From an uncultured delta proteobacterium (lineage in GTDB: Bacteria; Desulfobacterota; Syntrophorhabdia; Syntrophorhabdales; WCHB1-27): a DNA stretch of 64,000 bases. A program made the position numbers and the translations under genes. Positions 19,221-28,741 of this stretch are shown in pieces. Below the pieces are notes generated by a model. It had not been told where the DNA came from and ran no database searches. It saw only the letters and a program-made list of their open reading frames with translations. The DNA is taken from the NCBI GenBank assembly GCA_963818095.1, contig CAWFRA010000027.1, positions 2,142 through 66,141 on the forward strand. The letters are read 5' to 3'. Every line of letters begins with the position of its first letter. The first letter of the stretch is position 1.

Positions 19221-20033
19221 CTAGGACGAGCCGTAGCTGTGGAGGCCGGAAAGGATGAAGTTTACGCCTAGATAGGTGAAAATGACGCTGGCGAAACCGG
19301 CGACCGAAAGCAGAGCGATCCTCCGCCCCTTCCATCCGGCCGTGAAGCGGGCGTGGAGGAAAAGGGCGTAGACGATCCACGTTATGAGGGACCACGTCTC
19401 TTTCGGGTCCCAGCTCCAGTAAGCGCCCCACGCGTAATGCGCCCAGACTGCGCCCGTCAGGATGCCCGCGGTGAGCATGGGAAAGCCGACCACGACGGCC
19501 TGGTAGTTGACCTCTTCCAGCCTCTCGCCGGGGATGCCCTTCGTGCCGATCAGGTACAGAAGCGCTGCCAAAAACGAGATGGCGAAAGAGGCATACGCGA
19601 TGAAGCACGTAAAGACGTGGACATGGAGCCAGTTGCTCTGGAGTGCGGGGATAAGCGGCTGGATCTGCCTGTCTACGGACGGCGAAAGCGAGGCATAGCC
19701 CATAAAGAGGAGGGCGGCGAACGTAGCGAGCATGCTTATGACCGGCAGGCGCAGCCGTTTTTTCATCACTATCAGGATAAGGGCGATGCACCAGGCAAAG
19801 AATATGAGTGACTCGTAGAAATTGGACAGAGGGGCGTGGCCTATGCCCAGCCTGTACGATTCGATCCAGCGCGCGGAAAGCCCTACCGTATGGAGCGCGA
19901 AAACAGCGTAAAGGATGGGCCGAACTGCGCTAAGGACCGTCTCCTTCCTCGTTGCGAAATAGACGAGGTGGAGCAAAAAGAGGGCAAGATAGGCAAGCGT
20001 CACTATCCCGAGTATCTTATCGCTCCAGACCAT
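19221..20033 (-). CDS. ccsA: cytochrome c biogenesis protein CcsA/ResC (system II)
   Basis: Polytopic 270 aa. WGAYWSWDPKETWSLITW tryptophan-rich haem-handling motif. Confidence 0.85.
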   Translation of the reverse strand: MVWSDKILGIVTLAYLALFLLHLVYFATRKETVLSAVRPILYAVFALHTVGLSARWIESYRLGIGHAPLSNFYESLIFFAWCIALILIVMKKRLRLPVISMLATFAALLFMGYASLSPSVDRQIQPLIPALQSNWLHVHVFTCFIAYASFAISFLAALLYLIGTKGIPGERLEEVNYQAVVVGFPMLTAGILTGAVWAHYAWGAYWSWDPKETWSLITWIVYALFLHARFTAGWKGRRIALLSVAGFASVIFTYLGVNFILSGLHSYGSS

Positions 20034-21357
20034 GTGCCTTTTCCCTCCACTTCTCGAATTCTTCCTTGAACGCCTCCCTGTTCCTGGGCGACGTCCCAGC
20101 GACTAGCACCCCTTCGGCAGTCCGCGAGCAGGTAGATGCGCCTGAAGTGCATGAAAAAATTGATGTAGAGGCCGATGAGGATAAGGGCGAAGCCCGTCCA
20201 GACGACCCATACGCCCGGGTCGCGCGCTGCCTCCAGCCCGGAATAGATACTCGCTGTCTATGCCTTTGAGCCGCACTGCGGCGCCTGCGAGCGTTTTGTC
20301 TGCGAGCCTCGGGACGTCCCGCATGAACCAGGTCGTCCGCGTCTCGCCGCCCTCAACGTAGGCGACCTGCACGCCGGGACCGAAATCGTGGACGGAGCGC
20401 TCGAACCTGCATTGCCATCATAGCAAAATCGCCCTTCTTATACACCCCGCCCTGGCTGAGCCTCACTTCCTGCCCGCCGATGTCGAAGACGAAGACCGGG
20501 TCCTGGCCGTAGCTTGCCTGGTAGATGCTCGTCCCCTTGTACGAGAAGGGGTGGTTGACCCGCACGTCCGCCCTGGCGGCCGTCCTGCCGTTGTCGATGA
20601 TCTGAATGCGGCTCCGGTATTCCTTCGGCTCGCCGCCCGGATAGAGCGTCACGCTGAAATCGTCGAGCTTGACTGAGAAGCCCAGGGGGATCGCAGTACG
20701 GCCGTCTCTTTTTACCGCCGCGTCCTTTGCCTCCCCCTTGCCGAGGGCGAGCGACCCCCGGAAGCCGAAAAGAAGGCCGATCAGGCCCCCGAGGAGGATG
20801 GCGACGATGCTGGCGTGTATAATGTAGACGCCGTAGCGGGAAAGGCCGCCTTTTTCGAGGATGGCCCCGTTCTCCTCTCTTCTTGGCCGGTATCCCCGAA
20901 AGAGCGCCTCCATGCCGTCGATCTTCGCGCCTTTGACGAAAAAGTGCAGGGGCATTGCGGCGAGTTTCTTTTCTGCGGGCAGCGACCTGTCGCCGCCTTT
21001 GAAAAGCCCTCTGAGCCGCCTGAGCGTGCAGAGGACCAGGTTGAGGACGAAAAGGCATAAAAGACCGAAGAACCAGGGCGCGTGGAAGACGTCAGTGAGG
21101 CCGGATGCGCGGAGGAAGGCGTACATCCCCTCCCCGTGTTTCCGCCCATACTCTTCGAGTGCGGCCTGCGGAATGAGCGTGCCGATAATGCAGGTCAGCG
21201 CGATCAGGCTGAGGAGCGCGATGGCGAGCCTGACGGATGAGAGAAACCCGTAAGCCGTATTCGGCGCGGGCCCGGCGGGCCGCTTTTCGCCCGCGGCAGC
21301 CTTGTCTCCCATATTATTCGTTGCACCGGCAGCCACGCCTACCCCTTTCGACATCAT
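20017..21357 (-). pseudogene. resB: cytochrome c biogenesis protein ResB/Ccs1, frameshifted as assembled
   Basis: FLSSVRLAIALLSLIALTCIIGTLIPQ N-terminal ResB motif. Frame changes ~20410, ~20255 and ~20125. Inferred tail ...EEFEKWREKAHGLER, with a stop overlapping the ccsA start region. Confidence 0.8.
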
Positions 21358-21472
21358 ATTTTAGTCGGAACTTATATCGAATTCATGCAATGCTGCTTTT
21401 TATTTTACCAGCCATCGCGCCAAAATACCAGCGGTGCGTGCGGCCTTAGATGTTTGACACCCCCACCCCATT

Positions 21473-22510
21473 GTGCTACAAATTGCCATGCTGGTGACAA
21501 GCATCGGAAGCCTGCCGTTTACCGACGTGGAAAAAGCGCTCGACGCAGTCTTCGAGTCCTGCCCGGAATGCCCTTTCTGGCCGCAGCTTCCCAAACGCTC
21601 CTTTATGGAAGACATGTACGTCCAGGGCCTTGAAGGCGTGCCCGCCCTCGTCACGGATATGCAGAGCGGCACTGCTTACATGGACACGCGCAAGACCGAA
21701 GGGATAGAGCAGTTTTACGAGGACGTTGCCGGCGGCAACATCGATGCCTTCGCCGTATCGGAGGCGGCCGCGCCGGGGTTTTACGGGTTGCTCGATAGGC
21801 TCCGGCAGAATGCTTCGGGCGTGAGGGCGATCAAAGGGCAATTGACCGGCCCGTTCACGCTCGGCATCGGCCTGAAAGACGAGAACGGAAAGCCCATCGT
21901 TTACAACGACGCCTATTTCGATATCATCAAGCAGGGCATTCGCATGAAAGCGGCTTGGATGATAAAAGCGATGAGGGACGCCTGTCCGGGCAGGGACGTC
22001 ATCTTCTTTTTTGACGAGCCGGCGTTGGTGTCGCTCGGCTCGGCATACGTGTCGATCTCCCGCGAGGCGGCCACGTCGATGGTCGACGAGGCGAGCGCCG
22101 GGCTCGACGCGGCCATAGGCGTCCACTGCTGCGGCAATACGGACTGGCCCGCCCTGCTTCTGTCCGGCATCGACATTATCAATTACGACGCCTTCGGCTT
22201 CATGGAGACGATCTTCTATTTTCCGCGCGAGCTTTCGGGCTTTTTTGCCCGCGGCGGCCGGATAGCGCCGGGCATCGTGCCCTCCTCGTCCGAAGGCCTC
22301 GCAGCAGCAAGCCCCGACAGCCTTGCCCGGTCCTGGAGCGCCTTCGAGCAGCACGTGCTCGATGCGGGCGGCACGTCCGACGAAGGGGAGATCGTCACTA
22401 CGTCCTGCGGCGTCGGCTCTCTGAGCGAAGCGGAGGCGTATAAGGCCCTCGACCTTTTGAAGCGTCTCCCCGACGCTGCAAGAAACTCGACAAAGGCTGA
22501 AGCCTCCGTC
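21473..22510 (+). CDS. UROD/MetE-like (cobalamin-independent methionine synthase C-terminal-like) domain; no stop before rmuC
   Basis: TSIGSLPF, WPQLP, KGQLTGPFT, FFDEPAL, GVHCCGNTDW, NYDAF. Tentative superfamily call. Continuous in frame with the next feature. Confidence 0.5.
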
Positions 22511-23731
22511 ATGTACTGGGCGATCATAGCGGCAGTCGCGTTCGGGTTCCTCCTGGGACTGGCCGTTTCTTTTCTCTTCAGGATACACCAGGCGAAAACG
22601 GCAAAAGAGCTTGCGGAGGCACTCCTCGTCAGGCGCGATGCGGAGCGCAGGGACGAAATGGCGGCCATGCTGGAGCACGTGAAGGCGAGCTTCGGGAGCC
22701 TCTCCCTCGACGCCCTCTCACAGTCCACCGAAGAGTTCCTTAAGCTCGCCAAGACGCAGCTCCAGTCCGAGCGGCAGGCATCCGCGCAGGAGCTTGAGGC
22801 GCGCAAGGAGCTGATCGACAGGGAGCTGCGCAAGATGGCCGAGCAGGTAGACGGCGTAGGCAGGCTCATGCGGGAGCTTGAAAAGGACAGGGTCGAGAAA
22901 TTCGGCGAGCTGACCAATCACCTCAAGCTGGCAGGGGAGCAGACCGCGCTGCTGGCCGGCACGACTGCAAGCCTCAAAGAAGCCCTCGCAGGCAGCAAGG
23001 CCAGGGGGCAATGGGGAGAACGGATGGCTGAGGACATCCTCCGCGCATCCGGTTTCGTCGAGAACGTCAATTACCTGAAGCAGAAGACCATCCAGGGTAC
23101 GGGCTCCAGGCCTGACTTCACGTTTCTTCTCCCGCGCGGCCTCCGGCTCAACATGGACGTAAAGTTCCCCCTCGACAATTACATGCGGTTCCTCGACGCC
23201 CCGGCAGAAGGCGAGAAGGCGCGCTTCAGGGCCGACTTTCTGAGGGACGTGAAGGCCAAAGTCAAGGAAGTGGCGACCAGGGATTACATCAACCCGGAGC
23301 AGCAGACCCTCGACTGCGCCCTCCTTTTGATCGCGAACGAGCAGATTTACGCCTTCATCCAGGAGCAGGACAGCCAGGCCTTCGAGGAGGCGCTCAGGCA
23401 GCACGTCGTCTGCTGTTCCCCGATCACGCTCTTTGCGGTCCTCGCAGTCATCAGGCAGGCCATCGACGCCTTCTCCATGGAAGAGACCTCCAACGAGATA
23501 CTATCGCTCCTCGGCATTTTCAAGAAACAGTGGGACGAGTTCCTGAGGCGGCTCGAAGGGATGGGAAAGCGGATAGGCGACCTGCAGAAGGACTTTGAGG
23601 CCCTTAGCGGGGTGCGGCGCAGGCAGCTCGAGCGGCCCCTCAACCGGATGGAGGAGATAAGGAACGAGCGCGGGCTGCCTGCCGCGGAAGTCTCAGGCGC
23701 AGAAGAAGACGAAGGCCCTGCCGGCGCCTGA
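22511..23731 (+). CDS. rmuC: DNA recombination protein RmuC
   Basis: ATG 22511. MYWAIIAAVAFGFLLGLAVSFLF TM, long coiled-coil, then RPDFTFLLP, MDVKFPL, LLIANEQIY, CSPITLFAVL (RmuC nuclease-like core). Confidence 0.8.
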   Translation: MYWAIIAAVAFGFLLGLAVSFLFRIHQAKTAKELAEALLVRRDAERRDEMAAMLEHVKASFGSLSLDALSQSTEEFLKLAKTQLQSERQASAQELEARKELIDRELRKMAEQVDGVGRLMRELEKDRVEKFGELTNHLKLAGEQTALLAGTTASLKEALAGSKARGQWGERMAEDILRASGFVENVNYLKQKTIQGTGSRPDFTFLLPRGLRLNMDVKFPLDNYMRFLDAPAEGEKARFRADFLRDVKAKVKEVATRDYINPEQQTLDCALLLIANEQIYAFIQEQDSQAFEEALRQHVVCCSPITLFAVLAVIRQAIDAFSMEETSNEILSLLGIFKKQWDEFLRRLEGMGKRIGDLQKDFEALSGVRRRQLERPLNRMEEIRNERGLPAAEVSGAEEDEGPAGA

Positions 23732-23808
23732 CGCCATTGTCGCCAAGGGCTTCCGGGCCTTCGTATTGCTTGACAAATATTGCTCATATCATTACCTTAT
23801 TATGTGTT

Positions 23809-24840
23809 ATGGAAGCATTGACAGCTAGAGAAAAACAGGTCCTTGACCTTATAATGAACAACTACATCGTATCGGCGGAGCCGGTCGGCTCGGGTACGCT
23901 GTCTGCGCGCGTCAACGGCAAATGGAGCTCGGCCACCATCAGGAACGTCATGGCCGACCTGGAGGAACAGGGGTTCCTCTACAAGCCCCACGTCGTCGCC
24001 GGGAGGATACCGACCGGAAAGGCATTCAGGTATTACGTCAACACGCTGCTGGTGCCCGGTCTGCCCGGAAAGCGCGAGATGCACGCCCTCGCAGGGCTGG
24101 CGTCCCATCGCTACTCGCACGTCGAAGAGATCATGGGCGACGCGTCACGCATGCTTGCCAACCTCTGCCAGTATACGGGCATAGTCGTCGAGCCGAAAAT
24201 AAATTACATGCTTTTCAAAGAGGTCGAGTTCGTGAAGCTTTCGAAGAACACGATACTCGTCTTATTCGTGACCTCGGCGGGCATGGTCCATACGCGCCTC
24301 GTCAATACGGACGAGGACCTGCCCCCTGAATTGCTGGCCGGCATGAAGGGGTACATGAACGAGAAGTGCGAAGGGGTCCCGTTCTATGACCTGAGGAAGC
24401 AGATATTCGCGGATATGGCCAGGGACAGGGAGGCCTTCCACGAGCTGATGGGAAAGGTCATGGACGTCCTCGAAGGGATCATGCAGGGGGAAGGGTCCAG
24501 GGAAGTCTACCTGGAAGGGACCTTCAAGTTCATCGGCGTGCCGGAGCTTTCAGATATAACCAGGCTCAAGGACCTGTTCCAGGCATTCGAAAAGAAGGGG
24601 AAGCTGCTGCGGCTTCTCGACAAGAGCGTAGACCAGGACGGCATCAACGTCATTATAGGGGCGGAAACGGAAGTGAGGGAGATGAGGGACATGAGCATCA
24701 TCACCTCGCCGTACGGGGCAGATCGTGAAAACCAGGGAGTGCTTGGAGTGATCGGCCCGTTGCGCATGAATTATTCCAGGATAATACCGATCGTCCACTA
24801 TACGGCCCAGGCGGTAACCAACCTACTAAGGATCATGTGA
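23809..24840 (+). CDS. hrcA: heat-inducible transcription repressor HrcA
   Basis: MEALTAREKQVLDLI...EPVGSGTLS...ATIRNVMADLEEQGFLYKPHVVAGRIPT ... GVIGPLRMNYSRIIPIV. Confidence 0.9.
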   Translation: MEALTAREKQVLDLIMNNYIVSAEPVGSGTLSARVNGKWSSATIRNVMADLEEQGFLYKPHVVAGRIPTGKAFRYYVNTLLVPGLPGKREMHALAGLASHRYSHVEEIMGDASRMLANLCQYTGIVVEPKINYMLFKEVEFVKLSKNTILVLFVTSAGMVHTRLVNTDEDLPPELLAGMKGYMNEKCEGVPFYDLRKQIFADMARDREAFHELMGKVMDVLEGIMQGEGSREVYLEGTFKFIGVPELSDITRLKDLFQAFEKKGKLLRLLDKSVDQDGINVIIGAETEVREMRDMSIITSPYGADRENQGVLGVIGPLRMNYSRIIPIVHYTAQAVTNLLRIM

Positions 24841-25448
24841 GGATGGGCATGGACGAGAAGGAAAAAGAGAAACACATGCACATACATACCGAAGGCGGCA
24901 AAGACGGGAAAGAAGAGCGCCATGCGCCCGAGCATGAAGCGGATAAGAAGAAAAAGAAGAAAGAAGACGGCGCAGACGAGCTGAAGACGGCCGCCGCCGA
25001 AAAGGACAAGGAGATAGGCGAACTGAAGGAAAGGCTCCTTTACCAGCAGGCCGATTTCGAGAATTTCAAGAAGCTCAAGGCGCGCGAAAAACAGGATGTC
25101 CTCCGGTTCGGGAATGAGACGCTCATCAAGGAGATTCTGCCCGTCATCGATAACCTGGAAAGGGCGATTGAGCACGCAGGCAAGACGGAAGAAGCAAAGG
25201 CCATCGTGGAAGGAGTAGCCCTCACCCTGAGCGGGCTCCTGAAGGTCCTGGAAAAATTCGATGTGAAGCGCGTTGAAGCGGTAGGGCAGCCCTTCGACCC
25301 CAACCTGCACGAGGCGATCTACCAGGAAGAGAAGGAAGGGGCCGAGCCGGGGACGGTCACCGCCGAGTTCCAGAAGGGCTATGTGATGGACGGGAGGCTG
25401 CTGCGGCCGTCCATGGTGGCCGTTGCGAAAAAGCCTGAAACGGAGTAA
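24837..25448 (+). CDS. grpE: nucleotide exchange factor GrpE
   Basis: ADFENFKKLKAREKQD, PFDPNLHEAIYQEE, FQKGYVMDGRLLRPSMVAVAK. The GTG overlaps the hrcA stop; ATG 24843/24849 are possible alternatives. Confidence 0.9.
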   Translation: MRMGMDEKEKEKHMHIHTEGGKDGKEERHAPEHEADKKKKKKEDGADELKTAAAEKDKEIGELKERLLYQQADFENFKKLKAREKQDVLRFGNETLIKEILPVIDNLERAIEHAGKTEEAKAIVEGVALTLSGLLKVLEKFDVKRVEAVGQPFDPNLHEAIYQEEKEGAEPGTVTAEFQKGYVMDGRLLRPSMVAVAKKPETE

Positions 25449-25462
25449 AATAGTGCTCAACT

Positions 25463-26569
25463 ATGAGCAGGGACTATTACGAAATACTGGGCGTTTCCAG
25501 GAACGCAACAGATGATGAGATAAAGAAAGCATACCGCAAGCTCGCCCTTGCACATCACCCCGACCGCAACCAGGGGAACCTCGAAGCAGAAGAGAAATTC
25601 AAAGAGATAAACCAGGCGTACGAAGTGCTCGGCGACTCGGAAAAGCGGTCGAGCTTCGACCGTTTCGGCGTCGCGGACGCGAGAGCCGGCGGCTCGTACG
25701 ACTTCGGCTTCACGCGAAATTTCGACGACATATTCGGCGACCTCTTCAACGACTTCTTCGGGCAGACGCAACGCAGGAGGACCCGCAAAGGCGAAGACCT
25801 GCGCTACAACATGGAGATCGAGTTCGAAGAGGCCGTCTTCGGGGTGGAGAAAGAGATAGACATCCCCCACGAGGTGCGCTGTGAGGCGTGCAAGGGGACG
25901 AGAATCGAGCCCGGTTTTCAGCCGATCGTCTGCAAGGCGTGCGGCGGTCGCGGCCAGGTCCGCTTTACGCAGGGCTTCTTCACGATAAACAGGACGTGCG
26001 AGCATTGCGGGGGCGAAGGCCGCGTAATCAAGGATCCGTGCAAGGCATGCAGGGGCAGGGGGACCGCACAGGTTAATAAGATCCTGAAGATCAGCGTGCC
26101 CCCCGGCGTCGACAACGGCACCCGTCTGAAGATGCGGGGAGAGGGCGCGCAGGGGCAGAACGATTCGGTCCCCGGCGACCTCTACGTCGTGCTCAAGGTA
26201 AACGAGCACCCCATTTTCGAGCGGCAGGGCGACAACATCTACGTCAGCACGGAGGTCGGCTTCCCGACGCTCTGCCTGGGCGGTGAGATTAAAGTCCCTA
26301 TACTGGGCGGGGAAATGAGCCTGAAGATACCGCCGGGCACGCCGCCGGAGAAGGTGTTCAGGCTGAAGGGCCAGGGCGTGCCGAAGACGAACGGGTACGG
26401 TAAGGGCGACCAGTTCGTCCACATGCATATAACCGTGCCGAAGAGCGTCAACGACAGGCAGCGGGAGCTTCTGGAAGAGCTGGCGAAAGAGCTGCACAAC
26501 GGCGGCGGCGCCCACAACCAGGGCTTCAAGCAGAAGTTCAGGGAGTTCTTCGAGCGGAAAGACGTCTAG
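25463..26569 (+). CDS. dnaJ: molecular chaperone DnaJ
   Basis: J-domain ([13 protein letters not shown]), G/F region, four CxxCxGxG repeats ([32 protein letters not shown]). Confidence 0.95.
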   Translation: MSRDYYEILGVSRNATDDEIKKAYRKLALAHHPDRNQGNLEAEEKFKEINQAYEVLGDSEKRSSFDRFGVADARAGGSYDFGFTRNFDDIFGDLFNDFFGQTQRRRTRKGEDLRYNMEIEFEEAVFGVEKEIDIPHEVRCEACKGTRIEPGFQPIVCKACGGRGQVRFTQGFFTINRTCEHCGGEGRVIKDPCKACRGRGTAQVNKILKISVPPGVDNGTRLKMRGEGAQGQNDSVPGDLYVVLKVNEHPIFERQGDNIYVSTEVGFPTLCLGGEIKVPILGGEMSLKIPPGTPPEKVFRLKGQGVPKTNGYGKGDQFVHMHITVPKSVNDRQRELLEELAKELHNGGGAHNQGFKQKFREFFERKDV

Positions 26570-26627
26570 CGGTCCCGCAGTCAATCACAGCCAAAATGCT
26601 TATGTGTGACGCAAGTAAAGCTTTACG

Positions 26628-27524
26628 TCACCGCTCCACGGTAACCTTGATCGTGTAGCTCGTTCCTCCTGCCAGCCTGCCCTCTATCTCAGCCTCGCCC
26701 GGTGTCGAGCCTGCCGTAATATAGAACTGGATTATGCCCAGTCTGGCGTACCCCGGGCCGAAAGGCTCGGGTGCCAGCATGACAGGGACCCCGCGCTTTG
26801 TGATCGTGCCTATCGGGCTTCCGTCGCTCATGATTTCAAGGTTCCCGTCCTGCATCGGCCGCAGCGAGATAAACGACCGGGCCTTATCGGGAAGCGTCAC
26901 GAGAAAATTTATGGGGAGCTCTGCCTGCTGCCCTGCCTTCACATGCTGATAGTTCTCGTTCAGCCCCTTGTGGAGCGTATTATATCCGGCAATATTGGGA
27001 ACGGGTTTCGGCGTGACGGGCACTATCAGTTTTGTCGAGCCGGACAGGTCCCCCGCGTCGGAGTATTCGATGGTCATGGGGTAATTACCCGCCTGCGCCG
27101 GATTGAGCGGTCCCCACCGCAGATGGATGGCTTTCAGGCCGGGGGCATCGCGGGGACCGGACGGAAGGTCCTTCCCGAGCTTGAGCAAGATCGTCCGCTG
27201 GTCTTTCGGATCGAGGCCTATCGTGAAAGGGGACTGGATCGGCCCCTGAGGCCAGCCATTGAGCAGAACGGCCGAGGGGGCGTGGCCGGCCTGCGGCGTG
27301 AACGCTGCAGGGAACCTGAACTTAAGTGTCGCCCCGGCGGGGAAGGCATAGCCGGGAACAGCAGGGTCGGGAGATTTGTCGAAGTAGACCCATGCTTCAA
27401 ATGGATAGCCTGCCGCAAGCCCTTCCGCAGTCATCGGCTGGTAGACGATTGTCGCTGACGGAGGGGCGGCCCAGGCGCCGGTTGCAAAGAAAAAGACGGC
27501 CAGAGCGAATACGATCTTCTTCAT
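26628..27524 (-). CDS. secreted hypothetical protein (beta-rich, two-domain appearance)
   Basis: Start at MKKIVFALAVFFFATGAWAAP (signal peptide). P/G-rich with no motif I recognise. Uninterrupted 298-aa frame. Confidence 0.6.
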   Translation of the reverse strand: MKKIVFALAVFFFATGAWAAPPSATIVYQPMTAEGLAAGYPFEAWVYFDKSPDPAVPGYAFPAGATLKFRFPAAFTPQAGHAPSAVLLNGWPQGPIQSPFTIGLDPKDQRTILLKLGKDLPSGPRDAPGLKAIHLRWGPLNPAQAGNYPMTIEYSDAGDLSGSTKLIVPVTPKPVPNIAGYNTLHKGLNENYQHVKAGQQAELPINFLVTLPDKARSFISLRPMQDGNLEIMSDGSPIGTITKRGVPVMLAPEPFGPGYARLGIIQFYITAGSTPGEAEIEGRLAGGTSYTIKVTVER

Positions 27525-27648
27525 CGTGGTACTCCTTGCAGTGATTGGCCTGGATCGGTCGGCCTGCATTAAACTTAATGGTGACTTATCGCGCGGGCAA
27601 CGGTAGAGAACGCTTCTTCACAATTCTTCATAATTCCTTCTACGTCTT

Positions 27649-27677
27649 TTCACATTTGTAGTGTATATTGATAAGAT
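27649..27677 (+). promoter_or_regulatory. possible sigma70 promoter for the small membrane protein gene
   Basis: TTCACA 27649-27654, 17-nt spacer, TAAGAT 27672-27677. AGGAG then ATG 27695. Confidence 0.3.
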
Positions 27678-27694
27678 ATCGCGTCAGGAGACCC

Positions 27695-27994
27695 ATGACA
27701 GGGAAGAACAAGGTTTTTCTGGTCACCGCTCTGATTCTTATTCCGATGCTCCTCGTGCTTGTGCCCCTGAAACTCGCCCATAAAGCGGCGAATGGCGCAT
27801 CGATGGCTGCGGGTAAGCACCTCGTCAAATGCAATCACTGTCAATTTAACTCGGTCACCTTTCAATCGGAGCAGTCAAGCGGCCATGCAGGCGATCTTGC
27901 CCCTACCCGGCCGCCGATCTCGTTAATCTTTATAAAGGGCGTTACAGATATCGCACCCTCCGTCCTGCCGCATCCAACCCCTCTACGATGTTAG
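27695..27994 (+). CDS. small membrane-anchored hypothetical protein with HxxxCxxC motif
   Basis: AGGAG SD. MTGKNKVFLVTALILIPMLLVLVPL (TM), then GKHLVKCNHCQ (H-x3-C-x2-C). The C-terminal part is low-confidence. Confidence 0.35.
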   Translation: MTGKNKVFLVTALILIPMLLVLVPLKLAHKAANGASMAAGKHLVKCNHCQFNSVTFQSEQSSGHAGDLAPTRPPISLIFIKGVTDIAPSVLPHPTPLRC

Positions 27995-28062
27995 TCTGCA
28001 AACAGTTGTCAACCCTACAATCCGTTCCCATGGTAAAGTGACAGATTGCAAGGAGATGAAAC

Positions 28063-28734
28063 ATGACCCGAATAGTTGTTCTATCGTTTTTCATAATGTT
28101 AACCTGCGCCGCGTTACTGGCGCAGCCCGCGCCTGCGCAAACCCATCACGATACGGCCCACCATAGCTTCCAGGGCGCGGCGCAATGGGCGAAGGAGTTC
28201 GACGACCCGAGCCGCGACGCCTGGCAAAAGCCCCACGAGGTGATCCAGGCGCTGGCGCTCAAGCCGGATGCGGTCATCGCCGACATCGGTGCGGGGACCG
28301 GCTACTTCTCGGTCCGCTTCGCCCACATGGTCCCGGAGGGCCGGGTCTACGGCGTGGATACGGAGGCCGATATGGTGAAGTACCTTGCCGACCGCGTAAA
28401 AAATATGGGACTGACCAACGTCATCCCGGTGCAGGCCGCTCCCGACGACCCGCGCCTGCCCGAAAAGGTTGACCTTATCTTCATAGCAGACACCTACCAT
28501 CACATCGACAACCGCGCCCAATACCTCCGCAAGCTGCACGATTCGCTCAAACCGGGCGGACGCATCGCCATCATCGACTTTCGCATGGATTCGGTTGACG
28601 GCCCGCCTAAGAGCGCGCGCAGCACGCCCGACCAGATAAAGGCCGAGATGGGCCGCGCGGGCTACGCCTTCCTGCAGGAGAACAACTTCCTGCCGAAGCA
28701 GTATTTTCTGATCTTCGGTCAGGTGAAGAGGTAA
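28063..28734 (+). CDS. class I SAM-dependent methyltransferase with signal-like N-terminus
   Basis: MTRIVVLSFFIMLTCAALLAQPAPA, ADIGAGTGYFSVRFA (motif I), VDLIFIADTYHH, GGRIAIIDF. Confidence 0.8.
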   Translation: MTRIVVLSFFIMLTCAALLAQPAPAQTHHDTAHHSFQGAAQWAKEFDDPSRDAWQKPHEVIQALALKPDAVIADIGAGTGYFSVRFAHMVPEGRVYGVDTEADMVKYLADRVKNMGLTNVIPVQAAPDDPRLPEKVDLIFIADTYHHIDNRAQYLRKLHDSLKPGGRIAIIDFRMDSVDGPPKSARSTPDQIKAEMGRAGYAFLQENNFLPKQYFLIFGQVKR

Positions 28735-28741
28735 GCCCCAG

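Noticed and set aside
23650-23810. Search for a CIRCE operator upstream of hrcA
   Set aside because: There is no TTAGCACTC/GAGTGCTAA-like inverted repeat. The only TTAGCAC string in the window (~37851) lacks a partner arm.
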